Shown one piece after another: positions 38,601-48,040 of a stretch of DNA of 52,093 bases. The notes below the pieces were generated by a model. That model ran no database searches. It saw only the letters and a program-made list of their open reading frames with translations, and was not told the DNA's origin. Numbering within the stretch: position 1 is the first letter of the stretch; each line of letters begins with the position of its first letter. The translations under genes and the position numbers were made by a program. This DNA is from Candidatus Binatia bacterium. GTDB lineage: Bacteria > Desulfobacterota > Binatia > HRBIN30. The stretch covers positions 1 through 52,093 of the forward strand of contig JBBRSP010000037.1 of assembly GCA_038245295.1 (NCBI GenBank), read 5' to 3'.

Positions 38601-39338
38601 ATGTCACAGTCGTCGAGCACCAAACTGAGCCTAGAGGAACGTGAACACCGGGCCCGCAGCGGCTTGCCCATCGAGCTCGTCCTCATTCGTCATGCCGAGC
38701 CCGACTGGGAAACCGCACGTAGTAAGGGCCTCATCGATCCCAAGCTAACGGCGCTCGGACGCAAGCAAGCGTCGGTACTTGCCGAACACTTGCGAGCGCT
38801 GCCTCTGGCAGCGCTCTACTGCAGCCCACTCGAACGCGCCAAAGAGACAGCCGCAGCGGTGGGCGCCGTGCAGGAGCTAGAACCAGCAGTCGTTCCAGCG
38901 TTGGCCGAGATTGGCATTCCAACCTTAAACAGCGCCTCCCAAACTGAAGTCGATTCCTACTTCACCGCCGCGGCCAGACGCCCGTTGCGTGATCACTGGC
39001 AGGGCTACCCGGGCGGCGAGCCGTTTCGCGATTTTCACGCACGTGTCACCGGCGGCATCAGCGAAGTTTTGCGGCCATACGGGGTGCGGCCGGCAAAGGT
39101 CGATGAATTCGCCGCCTGGTCCGCACCCGAGCGCGGTGAGACGCTGCGCATCGGCATCGTCGCGCACGGCGGCACCAACAGCGTCATCCTGACCCACTTG
39201 CTCGGGATCGAACCGGTACCCTGGGAATGGGTTCGTTTTGAAACGCCCTTGGCGACGTACAGCATCACCGCCCTGCGTGCCATCAACGAGCAATCGTATA
39301 TCTGGTCGCTGCAGCAATTCGCCCGACGCGCCGCCTAG
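38601..39338 (+). CDS. Histidine phosphatase family protein
   Basis: LVLIRHA, YCSPLERAKETA, GGEPF, IVAHGG. Confidence 0.88.
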   Translation: MSQSSSTKLSLEEREHRARSGLPIELVLIRHAEPDWETARSKGLIDPKLTALGRKQASVLAEHLRALPLAALYCSPLERAKETAAAVGAVQELEPAVVPALAEIGIPTLNSASQTEVDSYFTAAARRPLRDHWQGYPGGEPFRDFHARVTGGISEVLRPYGVRPAKVDEFAAWSAPERGETLRIGIVAHGGTNSVILTHLLGIEPVPWEWVRFETPLATYSITALRAINEQSYIWSLQQFARRAA

Positions 39339-39368
39339 GCGGCGGGGGAAACGACGACGATCTCGGCC

Positions 39369-39803
39369 ATGCTTTCCGCCGACGGCCGTCTCGGCTACGT
39401 CGGCAGCGTGGCGGACGAAACCATTCGCAAGGTGCTCGTCGCCGCGGCGCGCGAGTTCAACACCGGCCGCTATTTCGAGGCACACGAGGTCATCGAGGCA
39501 GGACTCGAAGAAGTACCGGACGAGTTGTGGGACCTCTTTCTCGCCCTGATCCAGATCTCGGTTGGTTACCACAAGCTCACACAGGGCTTGCACAGCGGCG
39601 CCGTGCTCATGCTCGGCCTCGGGCTCAGCAAACTAGAACCGTTCGCCGCCAACACCGCCGGCGTGGATGTCGGCACCCTGCGCCAGCGCGCCCAGACAGA
39701 TCGGGCGGCGCTTCAGACCCACACGTTCGACGCCGCGGCGTTCAAGCTGCATCCGCCACGCCTGCAACCCCTGCGGCTCAAACCATCAACCCCAAGCCAA
39801 TGA
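39369..39803 (+). CDS. DUF309 domain protein
   Basis: FNTGRYFEAHEVIE, LIQISVG.H. Confidence 0.8.
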   Translation: MLSADGRLGYVGSVADETIRKVLVAAAREFNTGRYFEAHEVIEAGLEEVPDELWDLFLALIQISVGYHKLTQGLHSGAVLMLGLGLSKLEPFAANTAGVDVGTLRQRAQTDRAALQTHTFDAAAFKLHPPRLQPLRLKPSTPSQ

Positions 39804-39839
39804 CCCCAACACGGCATGAGGTCGGAGCCATGCACGGAC

Positions 39840-42056
39840 TCAGAACATGATCGATGCGACCGGACAACCATTGATCGCTTGCTCCACGCCCTGGATCACT
39901 TCCTCGATCGTAACCGTCCCGCTGCGGTCTGGATCGGCCTGGCGGCATGCCGCCAGATCCTCCTCGCCGGTCGCCACACGCACGCTGCTCACCAATTCCT
40001 CGACGGTAACGGAGCCGTCGCGGTTGCAGTCTGCGGTGCAGATACGAACCAGTCGGCTGACCTGCACACCATCACCTCGAGTCGCCTCGAGAAATGTTTG
40101 GGGAGACGTGGGTAGGATGGCGATGCTGAGCACGCGGCCGCTACTGAGCCGCGTCCAGGACATTTGGCCATCGCGGCTGACGAAGGCACCGCCCGATGTC
40201 CCGACGTAGCTAACCCACGGCTCCAAACCATCAAACGCAATGCTTTGCACGATTCCCTGAATGCCCTGGCCGGCGGGCTGCCAAGAGACCGCGTCGTCGG
40301 CACTGCGGAAGAGTCCGGTTGCCGTCCCGGCGTAGATTACATTCTGGTTGATCGGACTGAAGCCAATGGCCGCCACGCTACTTCCCCTGAGGTCGCCGTC
40401 GACCGAGGGCCAGTGATCGCCGCCGTCGGAGGTGCGAAAGAGATCGCCGGTGTAGTTGAACTGGACGGCGCCGGTTCCGGCATAAACCACGCCGGGGCGG
40501 TTCGGGTCGACCGCGAGAACAATTCCAGGGCCGTTCGACGTGCCTTGACGGGTCCTCTGCCAGGACTCGCCGCCGTCATCGGTTTTGAAGATGGATTGAA
40601 TCGCACCGGCAAAGAGAGTTGTCGGCGCCCACGGGTCGCTGGCCAGCGAATAGATCAACTTTGTCGTCAGACCCGCATTCATCGAGAACCATGTTGCGCC
40701 GTGGTCGATGCTCTTCATGATCCCAGCGGGCGGAACAGCGGCATACAAGGTATTCGGGTCATTGGCATCAACTACGATGGCCGCAACCGCTTCTCCCGCC
40801 AGCCCGACCCGCTGCCAGCCCAGGCCCGCATCGGTCGTGCGATAAAGGCCGTCGTAGGTCCCGGCGTAGGCCACGCGCCCATCTGATGGATCGGTCACGA
40901 TGGTTTGAACAATGCTGGCGAGGAAACTGAAGGGACTGTGCCACTGCTCGCCACGATCCTCGGATACGAACAGGCTCGAGAAATAGCCGAGGTAGACTCT
41001 TTGGTTGTCGTGCGGATCAACGAGGAGTGGAGAGAAGCTCGGCCAGGAAATGCTGCTTAACGGCAGGATCTTGGTCCAATGGGTCGCCGCATCACGGGTC
41101 ACCCAAACTCCTTGTGGCGTCGCCGCGTAGAGGGTTGAGGGGTCGACCGGGTCGATGCTTAGCGCATTCACAGAGGGGAAACTGTCGTCGCCCATAATCC
41201 CGTCGCCCGCCTCGTTCCACGATGCGCCACCGTCGGTGCTCTTCTGGATACCTCCGAACAGATCGACTTCGTACACGGTTCCGGAGACCTGCGGATCCGC
41301 AACGAGAGCCACACTCTCCGTTGCATTTCCGTAGTCAGAGGAGGCCAGCCCCGTGGCGCTCCAGGTCGCCGCTCCGTCCGTGCTCTTGAAGATCCCGTAT
41401 CCGGCAACGCCGGCATAGATGGTTTCAGGTTGGGACGCGTCGATGGCGAGGGTTTCTACAAAGGGCAGGCCAAACTCCTGGGGCAAACCAACATTGGCCC
41501 GCGTCCAGCTCACTCCACGATCGCCGCTTTTCAAGAGACCTTCAGAACCGCCCACGTAAACGACTCGGCTATCGCTCGGATCGATGCCGATCACGAAGAT
41601 TGCCGTGCCTTCGCTGGCACGATGAACGAGCTGCCAGTGATTCGCGCCGTCGGTGCTCTTGTAGACCCCATCGGATCCGCCCGCGTAAACACTCGACTGA
41701 ACATCAACGGCAAGCGCTCTTACATCTAACCGCTCGATCAAACGGTTGGCACCACACCACGATTCGCCACCGTTTGCGCTTTTGGCGACGCCGTACTGCG
41801 TTCCGGCGTAGAGGACGCCCGTATGTCGAGGGTCGACGGCCAGCGCCTGCACCTGCGTGCCGCTCGGGATCGAGCACTGCGCTTGCACGCCGACAACCGG
41901 CGCCATCGCGAACAAAAGGCCCACTAGAAATGAGCTCCGGCGAACGACCCCCACGGCGCCTGACCTATCAGTGGGAGTTCGACCACTACAAGGAGAATTC
42001 GTACGCACGAGATCCAACAGGCGGTTCTCCGCACGTGGCGAAAGTTGGGCTGCCAC
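39840..42056 (-). CDS. Secreted BNR/Asp-box beta-propeller (VPS10/Ycf48-like) protein with C-terminal dockerin-like domain
   Basis: Many S/T-x-D-G-G-x-x-W boxes; C-terminal CTADCNRDGSVTVEEL...ADPDRSGTVTIEEV; start may be GTG 41954. Confidence 0.85.
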   Translation of the reverse strand: MAAQLSPRAENRLLDLVRTNSPCSGRTPTDRSGAVGVVRRSSFLVGLLFAMAPVVGVQAQCSIPSGTQVQALAVDPRHTGVLYAGTQYGVAKSANGGESWCGANRLIERLDVRALAVDVQSSVYAGGSDGVYKSTDGANHWQLVHRASEGTAIFVIGIDPSDSRVVYVGGSEGLLKSGDRGVSWTRANVGLPQEFGLPFVETLAIDASQPETIYAGVAGYGIFKSTDGAATWSATGLASSDYGNATESVALVADPQVSGTVYEVDLFGGIQKSTDGGASWNEAGDGIMGDDSFPSVNALSIDPVDPSTLYAATPQGVWVTRDAATHWTKILPLSSISWPSFSPLLVDPHDNQRVYLGYFSSLFVSEDRGEQWHSPFSFLASIVQTIVTDPSDGRVAYAGTYDGLYRTTDAGLGWQRVGLAGEAVAAIVVDANDPNTLYAAVPPAGIMKSIDHGATWFSMNAGLTTKLIYSLASDPWAPTTLFAGAIQSIFKTDDGGESWQRTRQGTSNGPGIVLAVDPNRPGVVYAGTGAVQFNYTGDLFRTSDGGDHWPSVDGDLRGSSVAAIGFSPINQNVIYAGTATGLFRSADDAVSWQPAGQGIQGIVQSIAFDGLEPWVSYVGTSGGAFVSRDGQMSWTRLSSGRVLSIAILPTSPQTFLEATRGDGVQVSRLVRICTADCNRDGSVTVEELVSSVRVATGEEDLAACRQADPDRSGTVTIEEVIQGVEQAINGCPVASIMF

Positions 42057-42059
42057 GGG

Positions 42060-43589
42060 CTAGGAGGCAGCGGCGAGAGGCGTTGGAGAAATCGCTCCCG
42101 CTTCAATCAACTCACAGACACGACCGACATCGTCGGCCAGGATACGGTCGGCACGCAGCGGCGCGACCTGCTGCCGCACGTGCTTGAGAACCAGCGCCGT
42201 GCCGACTCCGCAACGACCACCGCGCAACTCGAGCGCTTGCGCCGCACAGATCAGCTCGATGGCGAGCATGTGGGTGACGTTGTCCACGACACGTTTGGCG
42301 GTGCGCGCCGCCAGCATACCCATGCTGACGACATCCTGATTGTTACCGTTGGTCGGAATCGAACGCACACTGGCCGGCGCCGACAGCAGCGCATTTTCGG
42401 CCGCCATGGTCGTGGCCGTATACTGCAGACCCATGAAGCCGCTCTCGAAGCCGGCGTTCTCGGCGTTACTCACGAGAAAGGCCGGCAGTCCACGATTCAG
42501 GGTTGGATCGAGCAATCGCGCCAAACGCCGCTCCGACGCAACACCGATTTCAATCACCGCCGTCTTCAGCTGGTCGAGTGCCAGGGCCACCGGTTGGCCG
42601 TGAAAATTGCCCCCGTGCACGACACGCCTGGTCGACACGAAGAAGGCCGGATTGTCGGTCACCGAGTTGATCTCGATCTCAACGGTACGGCGCACACCCA
42701 CGAGGCACTCCGCTACCGGTCCAAGGATCTGCGGGATGCAGCGCAGGGTATACGGATCCTGCCGACTGGCCACCGGCGCCTCACGCTCGACCATCTCGCT
42801 GCCGTCGATCAGACGGCGCACACGCTCGGCGATTTCGCTTTGGCCAGGGTGGGCACGCAACGCATGTAACGTCTCGTCATAGGCTTCGACGTGCCCACCG
42901 AGCGCCTCAAACGCCATCGACGCAGCGCTGATTGCCGCATCCAGAAGGTGCTGCGCCTGGACGACGAGCAGTGCCGCGGCGCCGGTGTGAAAGCAGGTGC
43001 CATTGATGAGCGCCAAACCTTCGCGCAAACGCGGCACCAGCGGTTCGACAGCGGCGTGCGCCAACGCCTGGCGCGCCGCGACGACGACGCCGTCAAGTTC
43101 GACATTGCCTTCGCCGATTACCGCCAAGCCAATCTGCGCCAGCTCGACCAGATCGCCACTGGCACCGACACCGCCGATCTCGCGCACCAAGGGATGAACA
43201 CGGGCGGCCAACATGGCGAGCAGAACATCGACGGTCGCCGGATCAACGCCAGAGTGACCGAGCGCAAACACCTGAGCCCGCAACAGCATCGCGGCGCGTG
43301 TCCACTCAATTGGATGTAGGGAACCCAAGGTGTTGGCATGGCTACGCAACAAGTTGCGCTGAAACATCTCGCGCTGTTCCGGCGCGATGACACCGCTGGC
43401 CAACGGACCACACCCAGTGGTGAGCCCGTAAACCGGAACGCCGGCGCCCGCCAGATCCTGGACGAACACGTGCGCGGCCTGCATCGCTTGACGCACCGGC
43501 GGCGGGCAGACGACCACACGGCGACGGCTAGCGACGGCGTGCACATCAAAGACCGAAAGCCGGCCACCAAGTTGGACGGCGTCAGTCAT
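42060..43589 (-). CDS. Aromatic amino acid ammonia-lyase (HAL/PAL/TAL, MIO-dependent)
   Basis: PVYGLTTG.G, GASGDL (MIO), EGLALING, QDPYTLRCIPQ, DNP, GGNFHGQP; start ATG 43589 overlaps the opgH stop. Confidence 0.92.
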   Translation of the reverse strand: MTDAVQLGGRLSVFDVHAVASRRRVVVCPPPVRQAMQAAHVFVQDLAGAGVPVYGLTTGCGPLASGVIAPEQREMFQRNLLRSHANTLGSLHPIEWTRAAMLLRAQVFALGHSGVDPATVDVLLAMLAARVHPLVREIGGVGASGDLVELAQIGLAVIGEGNVELDGVVVAARQALAHAAVEPLVPRLREGLALINGTCFHTGAAALLVVQAQHLLDAAISAASMAFEALGGHVEAYDETLHALRAHPGQSEIAERVRRLIDGSEMVEREAPVASRQDPYTLRCIPQILGPVAECLVGVRRTVEIEINSVTDNPAFFVSTRRVVHGGNFHGQPVALALDQLKTAVIEIGVASERRLARLLDPTLNRGLPAFLVSNAENAGFESGFMGLQYTATTMAAENALLSAPASVRSIPTNGNNQDVVSMGMLAARTAKRVVDNVTHMLAIELICAAQALELRGGRCGVGTALVLKHVRQQVAPLRADRILADDVGRVCELIEAGAISPTPLAAAS

Positions 43590-46134
43590 GTGTCTCCGGC
43601 GCTGCGTCGTCCGACCATTGTGCAAACGACGCATCCTTGGGGCTCTCCCAAATGCCTTGGTGAACCGCGTCGACGAGCAAAGGATCGCGCCACAGTACGC
43701 GTCGCTTCGGCGCATCGAGCGCGTTCGGCCCGAGCTTCAATCCAAGATCCACGAACTCGCGACGCGATGCCGCGATCGACGCACCAACACGTCGCCGACC
43801 GCGCGCCAAGGCGCGATGCACGGCATTGCGACGCGGCTCGACCAAAGCATTTACCCATCCGTCCTCGGTACCACTCATGGACGCCGACTCCAGGGCGACC
43901 AGTTCCTGTAGTTCGCGCGGCGGCATGGACTCCTCGGGGATGAGAAACAGGCGCCGTTGGCGAATCCATTCGCCAAGCCAGCCTCGGCTGCCGAGCACCG
44001 AGAGCGGAATCGACACGAACAAGGCTCCAATGATCGGTGTGACCCACCAGAAATAGTCGGGATTGAGCCAGTACAGACTCAATCCCCAGGCACTCGCGAA
44101 AACCGTGTCGAAGCCGTGCTGGCGCATGGCAACCGGCCACGATGTTTCGGCATCGCCGCGCGACTGCGAAGTCCAGGTCACGGTCCGCCCCAGCAGATTC
44201 GTGACCACGAAGCGCGAGTGAAACACCATGCGGATCGGCGCCAACAGACTCGACAGGATCAGCTCGAGGAAGGCGCTGAGACTCAATCGCGCCAGCCCGC
44301 CAAATTGCGATGCCTGGCGATTTTTGAAAACGATCAAGGCGAGGCTGAGGACCTTCGGCAAGAACAGGATCGCTGCGGTCACGGCCATCAGTGACAACGC
44401 CCAGTCGGGCCGCCAGATCGGCCATTCGGGGAACAGGCTCGCGCCGTGCGGGAAATAGTCCGGCTCCGTAAGCGCATCGATGATTGCCTCGGCCGTACTC
44501 AACCCGAGAAAACAGAACCAGAGGAACGCCGAGACATACGACAACACCCCATTGATAAAAAGCGCCCGGTGCGCCCCGAAGAGCCCTTCGCTGCGCAGCA
44601 ACCGCAAGTGCTGCAGATTGCCCTGGCACCAGCGCCGATCGCGGCCCATCTCTTCGAGCAACGTCGACGGAACTTCTTCGTAACTGCCGCCGAGATCATA
44701 GGCCAACCACAACGTCCAACCGGCACGCCCCATGAGTGCCGCCTCGACGAAGTCGTGGCTCAAAATGTCGCCACCAAACGGCGGCTTGCCCGATAGACGC
44801 GGCAGGCCGCAATGATCCATGAACGGCTTGACTCGAATGATCGCGTTGTGGCCCCAGTATTGGCCATCACCAAGCTGCCAGTAATGCAGCCCGGCGGCGA
44901 ACATGGGACCGTAAACACGGCCCGCGAACTGTTGCGCGCGCGCTTGCAGGGACATGCGATTTACGGCGCGCGGCGCGGTCTGAATGATACCGGCGTCGCT
45001 CTGCCGCTCCATCATCGCCACCAGTTTGACCAGAGTCTCACCGGCCATGATGCTGTCGGCGTCGAGCATGATCATGTAGGCGTATTGGCTGCCCCAGCGG
45101 CGGCAGAAGTCGGCAACATTGCCGCTCTTGCGTTTCAGACGCACACGCCGGCGGCGATAAAAGATGCGGTCGAGGCGACCGATATCGCGACACCACATGG
45201 CCCAGGCCAACTCTTCGTCGGCGGCGCGCGACGGATCGGCCGTGTCGCTCATGATGAAGAAATCAAAATGCTCGATGGCGCCGGTGCGCTCGAGCGATGC
45301 GTAGATCGCCTTGAGGCCGGCAAAAACACGCGCCACGGGCTCTTCGCAAATCGGCATCACGATCGCCGTGCGCCCGGCCGGGCGAAAGTTGCTGGGGTCG
45401 TCGTCCGCGAGGTTGGTAATGGCGAAACGATCATGACCGCGCGCCAGCAGAAAGAAGCCGATCGTCGCGGTCCAGAATCCGATCGAGATCCAGCCAAACA
45501 GCGCCCCGAAAAACAATGTGATCGCCACCTCGAGCCATGTGCGACCTTGATGCGGCAAGACGTTGACCATGAAACCGCTCGCGACGATGCTCGGCAGGAG
45601 AACGAGGACGGCCAGCAACAAGCGACGACGCGCCGCAATGGCCGTCCATTTCCAGTGCCGGCGCTGCTGCCGCAGCGCCGTCCCGCGCCGTGTGCTCTCG
45701 CTGGAGATTCCTTGCAGACGATTGAGCCAGCGCTTGAAGACGCGGCGCTCAACACGCTCCGGCACCATGCTGCGGCGCGCCAGGGGCGGCATCGACGAAA
45801 AGAGCGGCTGCGGGCTGACAGCCGCGAGTGAGTGCGCAAAGAAGGCGTTGAGCCGCCAGCCAACGAACGGATCTTCGTCGGCGGCGTGGAGATGCGCCGG
45901 CTGCGGAACCTCAGCTTGGACGAGGGTGCGTAAGGCACGCAGGCATTCACTCACCGCGGTCGCGCCGGCCGGCCACACCGGGGCTTGCGAAGCCGCCTCG
46001 ACAGCCGCCGTCGCGAGACGCTCACGTTCTCCCGCGCCAACTCCCAATGCCTCGGCATAGGCAACCGCCCGCTCGAAGGCCTGCTGCCAATTTTGCCGCA
46101 GCCGGTCGGCGGCAATCGGAGTGGACTCGTTCAT
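43582..46134 (-). CDS. opgH: Glucans biosynthesis glucosyltransferase H
   Basis: TAIVMPICEE, RKSGNVADFCRRWG, LDADS, YWGHNAIIR, ILSHDFVEAA, RDRRWCQGNLQH. Confidence 0.96.
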   Translation of the reverse strand: MNESTPIAADRLRQNWQQAFERAVAYAEALGVGAGERERLATAAVEAASQAPVWPAGATAVSECLRALRTLVQAEVPQPAHLHAADEDPFVGWRLNAFFAHSLAAVSPQPLFSSMPPLARRSMVPERVERRVFKRWLNRLQGISSESTRRGTALRQQRRHWKWTAIAARRRLLLAVLVLLPSIVASGFMVNVLPHQGRTWLEVAITLFFGALFGWISIGFWTATIGFFLLARGHDRFAITNLADDDPSNFRPAGRTAIVMPICEEPVARVFAGLKAIYASLERTGAIEHFDFFIMSDTADPSRAADEELAWAMWCRDIGRLDRIFYRRRRVRLKRKSGNVADFCRRWGSQYAYMIMLDADSIMAGETLVKLVAMMERQSDAGIIQTAPRAVNRMSLQARAQQFAGRVYGPMFAAGLHYWQLGDGQYWGHNAIIRVKPFMDHCGLPRLSGKPPFGGDILSHDFVEAALMGRAGWTLWLAYDLGGSYEEVPSTLLEEMGRDRRWCQGNLQHLRLLRSEGLFGAHRALFINGVLSYVSAFLWFCFLGLSTAEAIIDALTEPDYFPHGASLFPEWPIWRPDWALSLMAVTAAILFLPKVLSLALIVFKNRQASQFGGLARLSLSAFLELILSSLLAPIRMVFHSRFVVTNLLGRTVTWTSQSRGDAETSWPVAMRQHGFDTVFASAWGLSLYWLNPDYFWWVTPIIGALFVSIPLSVLGSRGWLGEWIRQRRLFLIPEESMPPRELQELVALESASMSGTEDGWVNALVEPRRNAVHRALARGRRRVGASIAASRREFVDLGLKLGPNALDAPKRRVLWRDPLLVDAVHQGIWESPKDASFAQWSDDAAPETHD

Positions 46135-47675
46135 TACGGCTGCACGGCGTACGACCAGGTCTCGGTCAGAGTGTCACCGCCACTGTCGAGGAACGCGCGT
46201 AGTTCGACCGGCGCCTTTGACTTGGGATGTACCTGGAAGGTCAGGCGCCAGCCTTGCGTCACTGGATTCTTGACGACTTGCTGCTCCAACAGGTCGGCCG
46301 AGTCGGGCCCGGAAGCGATGCTGAGCACGGCGCGCAGGACCTGATTGTCCGGGATCGTCGCCAGCTTCTTGCCTTCGAAATCGACGACGAAGCGATGCGC
46401 ATCCTCGTGGGTGCCGTAATCGTGGCGTGTCGCTGTGACTCGGCCGTCCGGAGGCCGCGTCGCGTCGTCGCCAAACCAGCTCAGTGTATAGGTGAAGATG
46501 AACCTGTCGCCGGCCTTCGCCTCCGTGGTTGGCCTCCAGAAGGCAACGATGTTGTCGTTCACATCAGACTTCGTTGGGATCTCGATGAGCTCGATCGTGC
46601 CGTCACCCCAGGCGCCTTTCGGCGCTATCCAGGTGCTCGGTCGCAGCTCGGAGCGGGCTTCGAGATCCTCGTAGCTGGCGAAGCGTCGATCGCGCTGAAG
46701 CAAGCCGAAGCCCTTCGGATTCGACGCTTGCGGCGCACTCACGTGCAGACGGTCTGGGTTATCGAGCGGACGCCAAATCCATTCGCCGGCCGACGTTTGC
46801 AGCAGGAGTCCGTCGGAATCGTGCACCTCGGGACGGAAATCATCAAAGCGCCGCGACGTGTTCTCGCCGTGGAAGAACATACTGGTGAGCGGCGCGATCC
46901 CGAGTTTTTCGACGGCCCGGCGCACGAAGAGGCGTGCTTCGACCTGCATCGTCGTCTGCCCACCAGGGGTGATGACAAACTTATACGCCCCGGTGACGCT
47001 CTTGCTGTCGAGCAAGGCAAACAAGGTCAGACTCCTGGCCCCGGGGCTCGGCTTGAGCAGCCAGAACTCACGGAAGTACGGGAACTCCTCGCCCGAGGAC
47101 GAACCGGTGTCGACGGCAAGAGCGCGTGCCGACAGGCCATACTGCTGATCGCGACCGACAGCGCGAAAGTAGCTCGCACCGAGAAACACCAGCACCTCGT
47201 CCTTGTAGGAGGCCTTCTTGATCGGGAAATGAACCCGCAAGCCGGCATACCCAAGATCTTGTGGCACCTGGCTGGCGAAGCTGTTGTGCCCATAGTCGAA
47301 CTGGCTCGGCGAGAACTCTACCGCGCGGCTGCGGCCGGCATCGACGATGTTGATCGGCACGGCGCGATCGTACAAGAGCCCAGGATGAAAGAACTGTACC
47401 TCGAACGGTAAGCCGTCTTTGCGCCACAGCGACCGCTCCGGTCGGAAGCGAATGTCGCGCCACTGGTCATAGCTCATCTTGAGCATCCAGTCGGGAACCT
47501 TGCCGGCCGAGTCGTCGAACGACCCCTGCGCCAGCTTTTCGGCCCGCGCCACGACCTCTTTGAACTCAAACGAAGGCGCCGCCACAGCAGGGCACCGGCC
47601 TGTCAGCAGTGCCGCCAAGGCAACAACGGTCACCGAGATACTACCGAAAGGTTTCATATGTTTTCCCATAGGCAA
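46134..47675 (-). CDS. opgG: Glucan biosynthesis protein G (OpgG/OpgD family)
   Basis: YDQWRDIRFRP, FLGASYFRA, YGLSARALA, EEFPYFREFW, RPEVHDSDGL, DNIVAFW, TETWSY; signal peptide; start may be 47657. Confidence 0.95.
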   Translation of the reverse strand: MPMGKHMKPFGSISVTVVALAALLTGRCPAVAAPSFEFKEVVARAEKLAQGSFDDSAGKVPDWMLKMSYDQWRDIRFRPERSLWRKDGLPFEVQFFHPGLLYDRAVPINIVDAGRSRAVEFSPSQFDYGHNSFASQVPQDLGYAGLRVHFPIKKASYKDEVLVFLGASYFRAVGRDQQYGLSARALAVDTGSSSGEEFPYFREFWLLKPSPGARSLTLFALLDSKSVTGAYKFVITPGGQTTMQVEARLFVRRAVEKLGIAPLTSMFFHGENTSRRFDDFRPEVHDSDGLLLQTSAGEWIWRPLDNPDRLHVSAPQASNPKGFGLLQRDRRFASYEDLEARSELRPSTWIAPKGAWGDGTIELIEIPTKSDVNDNIVAFWRPTTEAKAGDRFIFTYTLSWFGDDATRPPDGRVTATRHDYGTHEDAHRFVVDFEGKKLATIPDNQVLRAVLSIASGPDSADLLEQQVVKNPVTQGWRLTFQVHPKSKAPVELRAFLDSGGDTLTETWSYAVQP

Positions 47676-48040
47676 GTGGTGCGGACGTTAAGATGATCGG
47701 CTGAGAATCTTCAACTCTTGGAGAGGAAGATCCGCCTGACGGGTCCTTCGTTCGCGTGACGTCGCACAGGCGGGATGGGCTTCCACTTTCACCAGCGGCA
47801 GTGCCAGCGCGAGCCCAGTCAGCAGGTATTTCTACGCGCGCAGTTCTGCGAGCTTACGACGCCGTCGTACCGCGGTATAAAAACGGAGAATCCAAACGGT
47901 TGCGGCTGGCCTCTCTCTTGGCCTCCCCGAACCGCGGGTTCCTCAGAGCCGTCTTGTCGGATGGAGAAAAGAGAGAACCCATGGGAATCCTGGCAGGTGC
48001 GCGGCAGACCATCCGGGCGGAATATCGGAAGTGGGGCGCC

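Noticed and set aside
42060..43589. Assigning the symbol hutH
   Set aside because: Specificity motifs are mixed and there is no hut operon context
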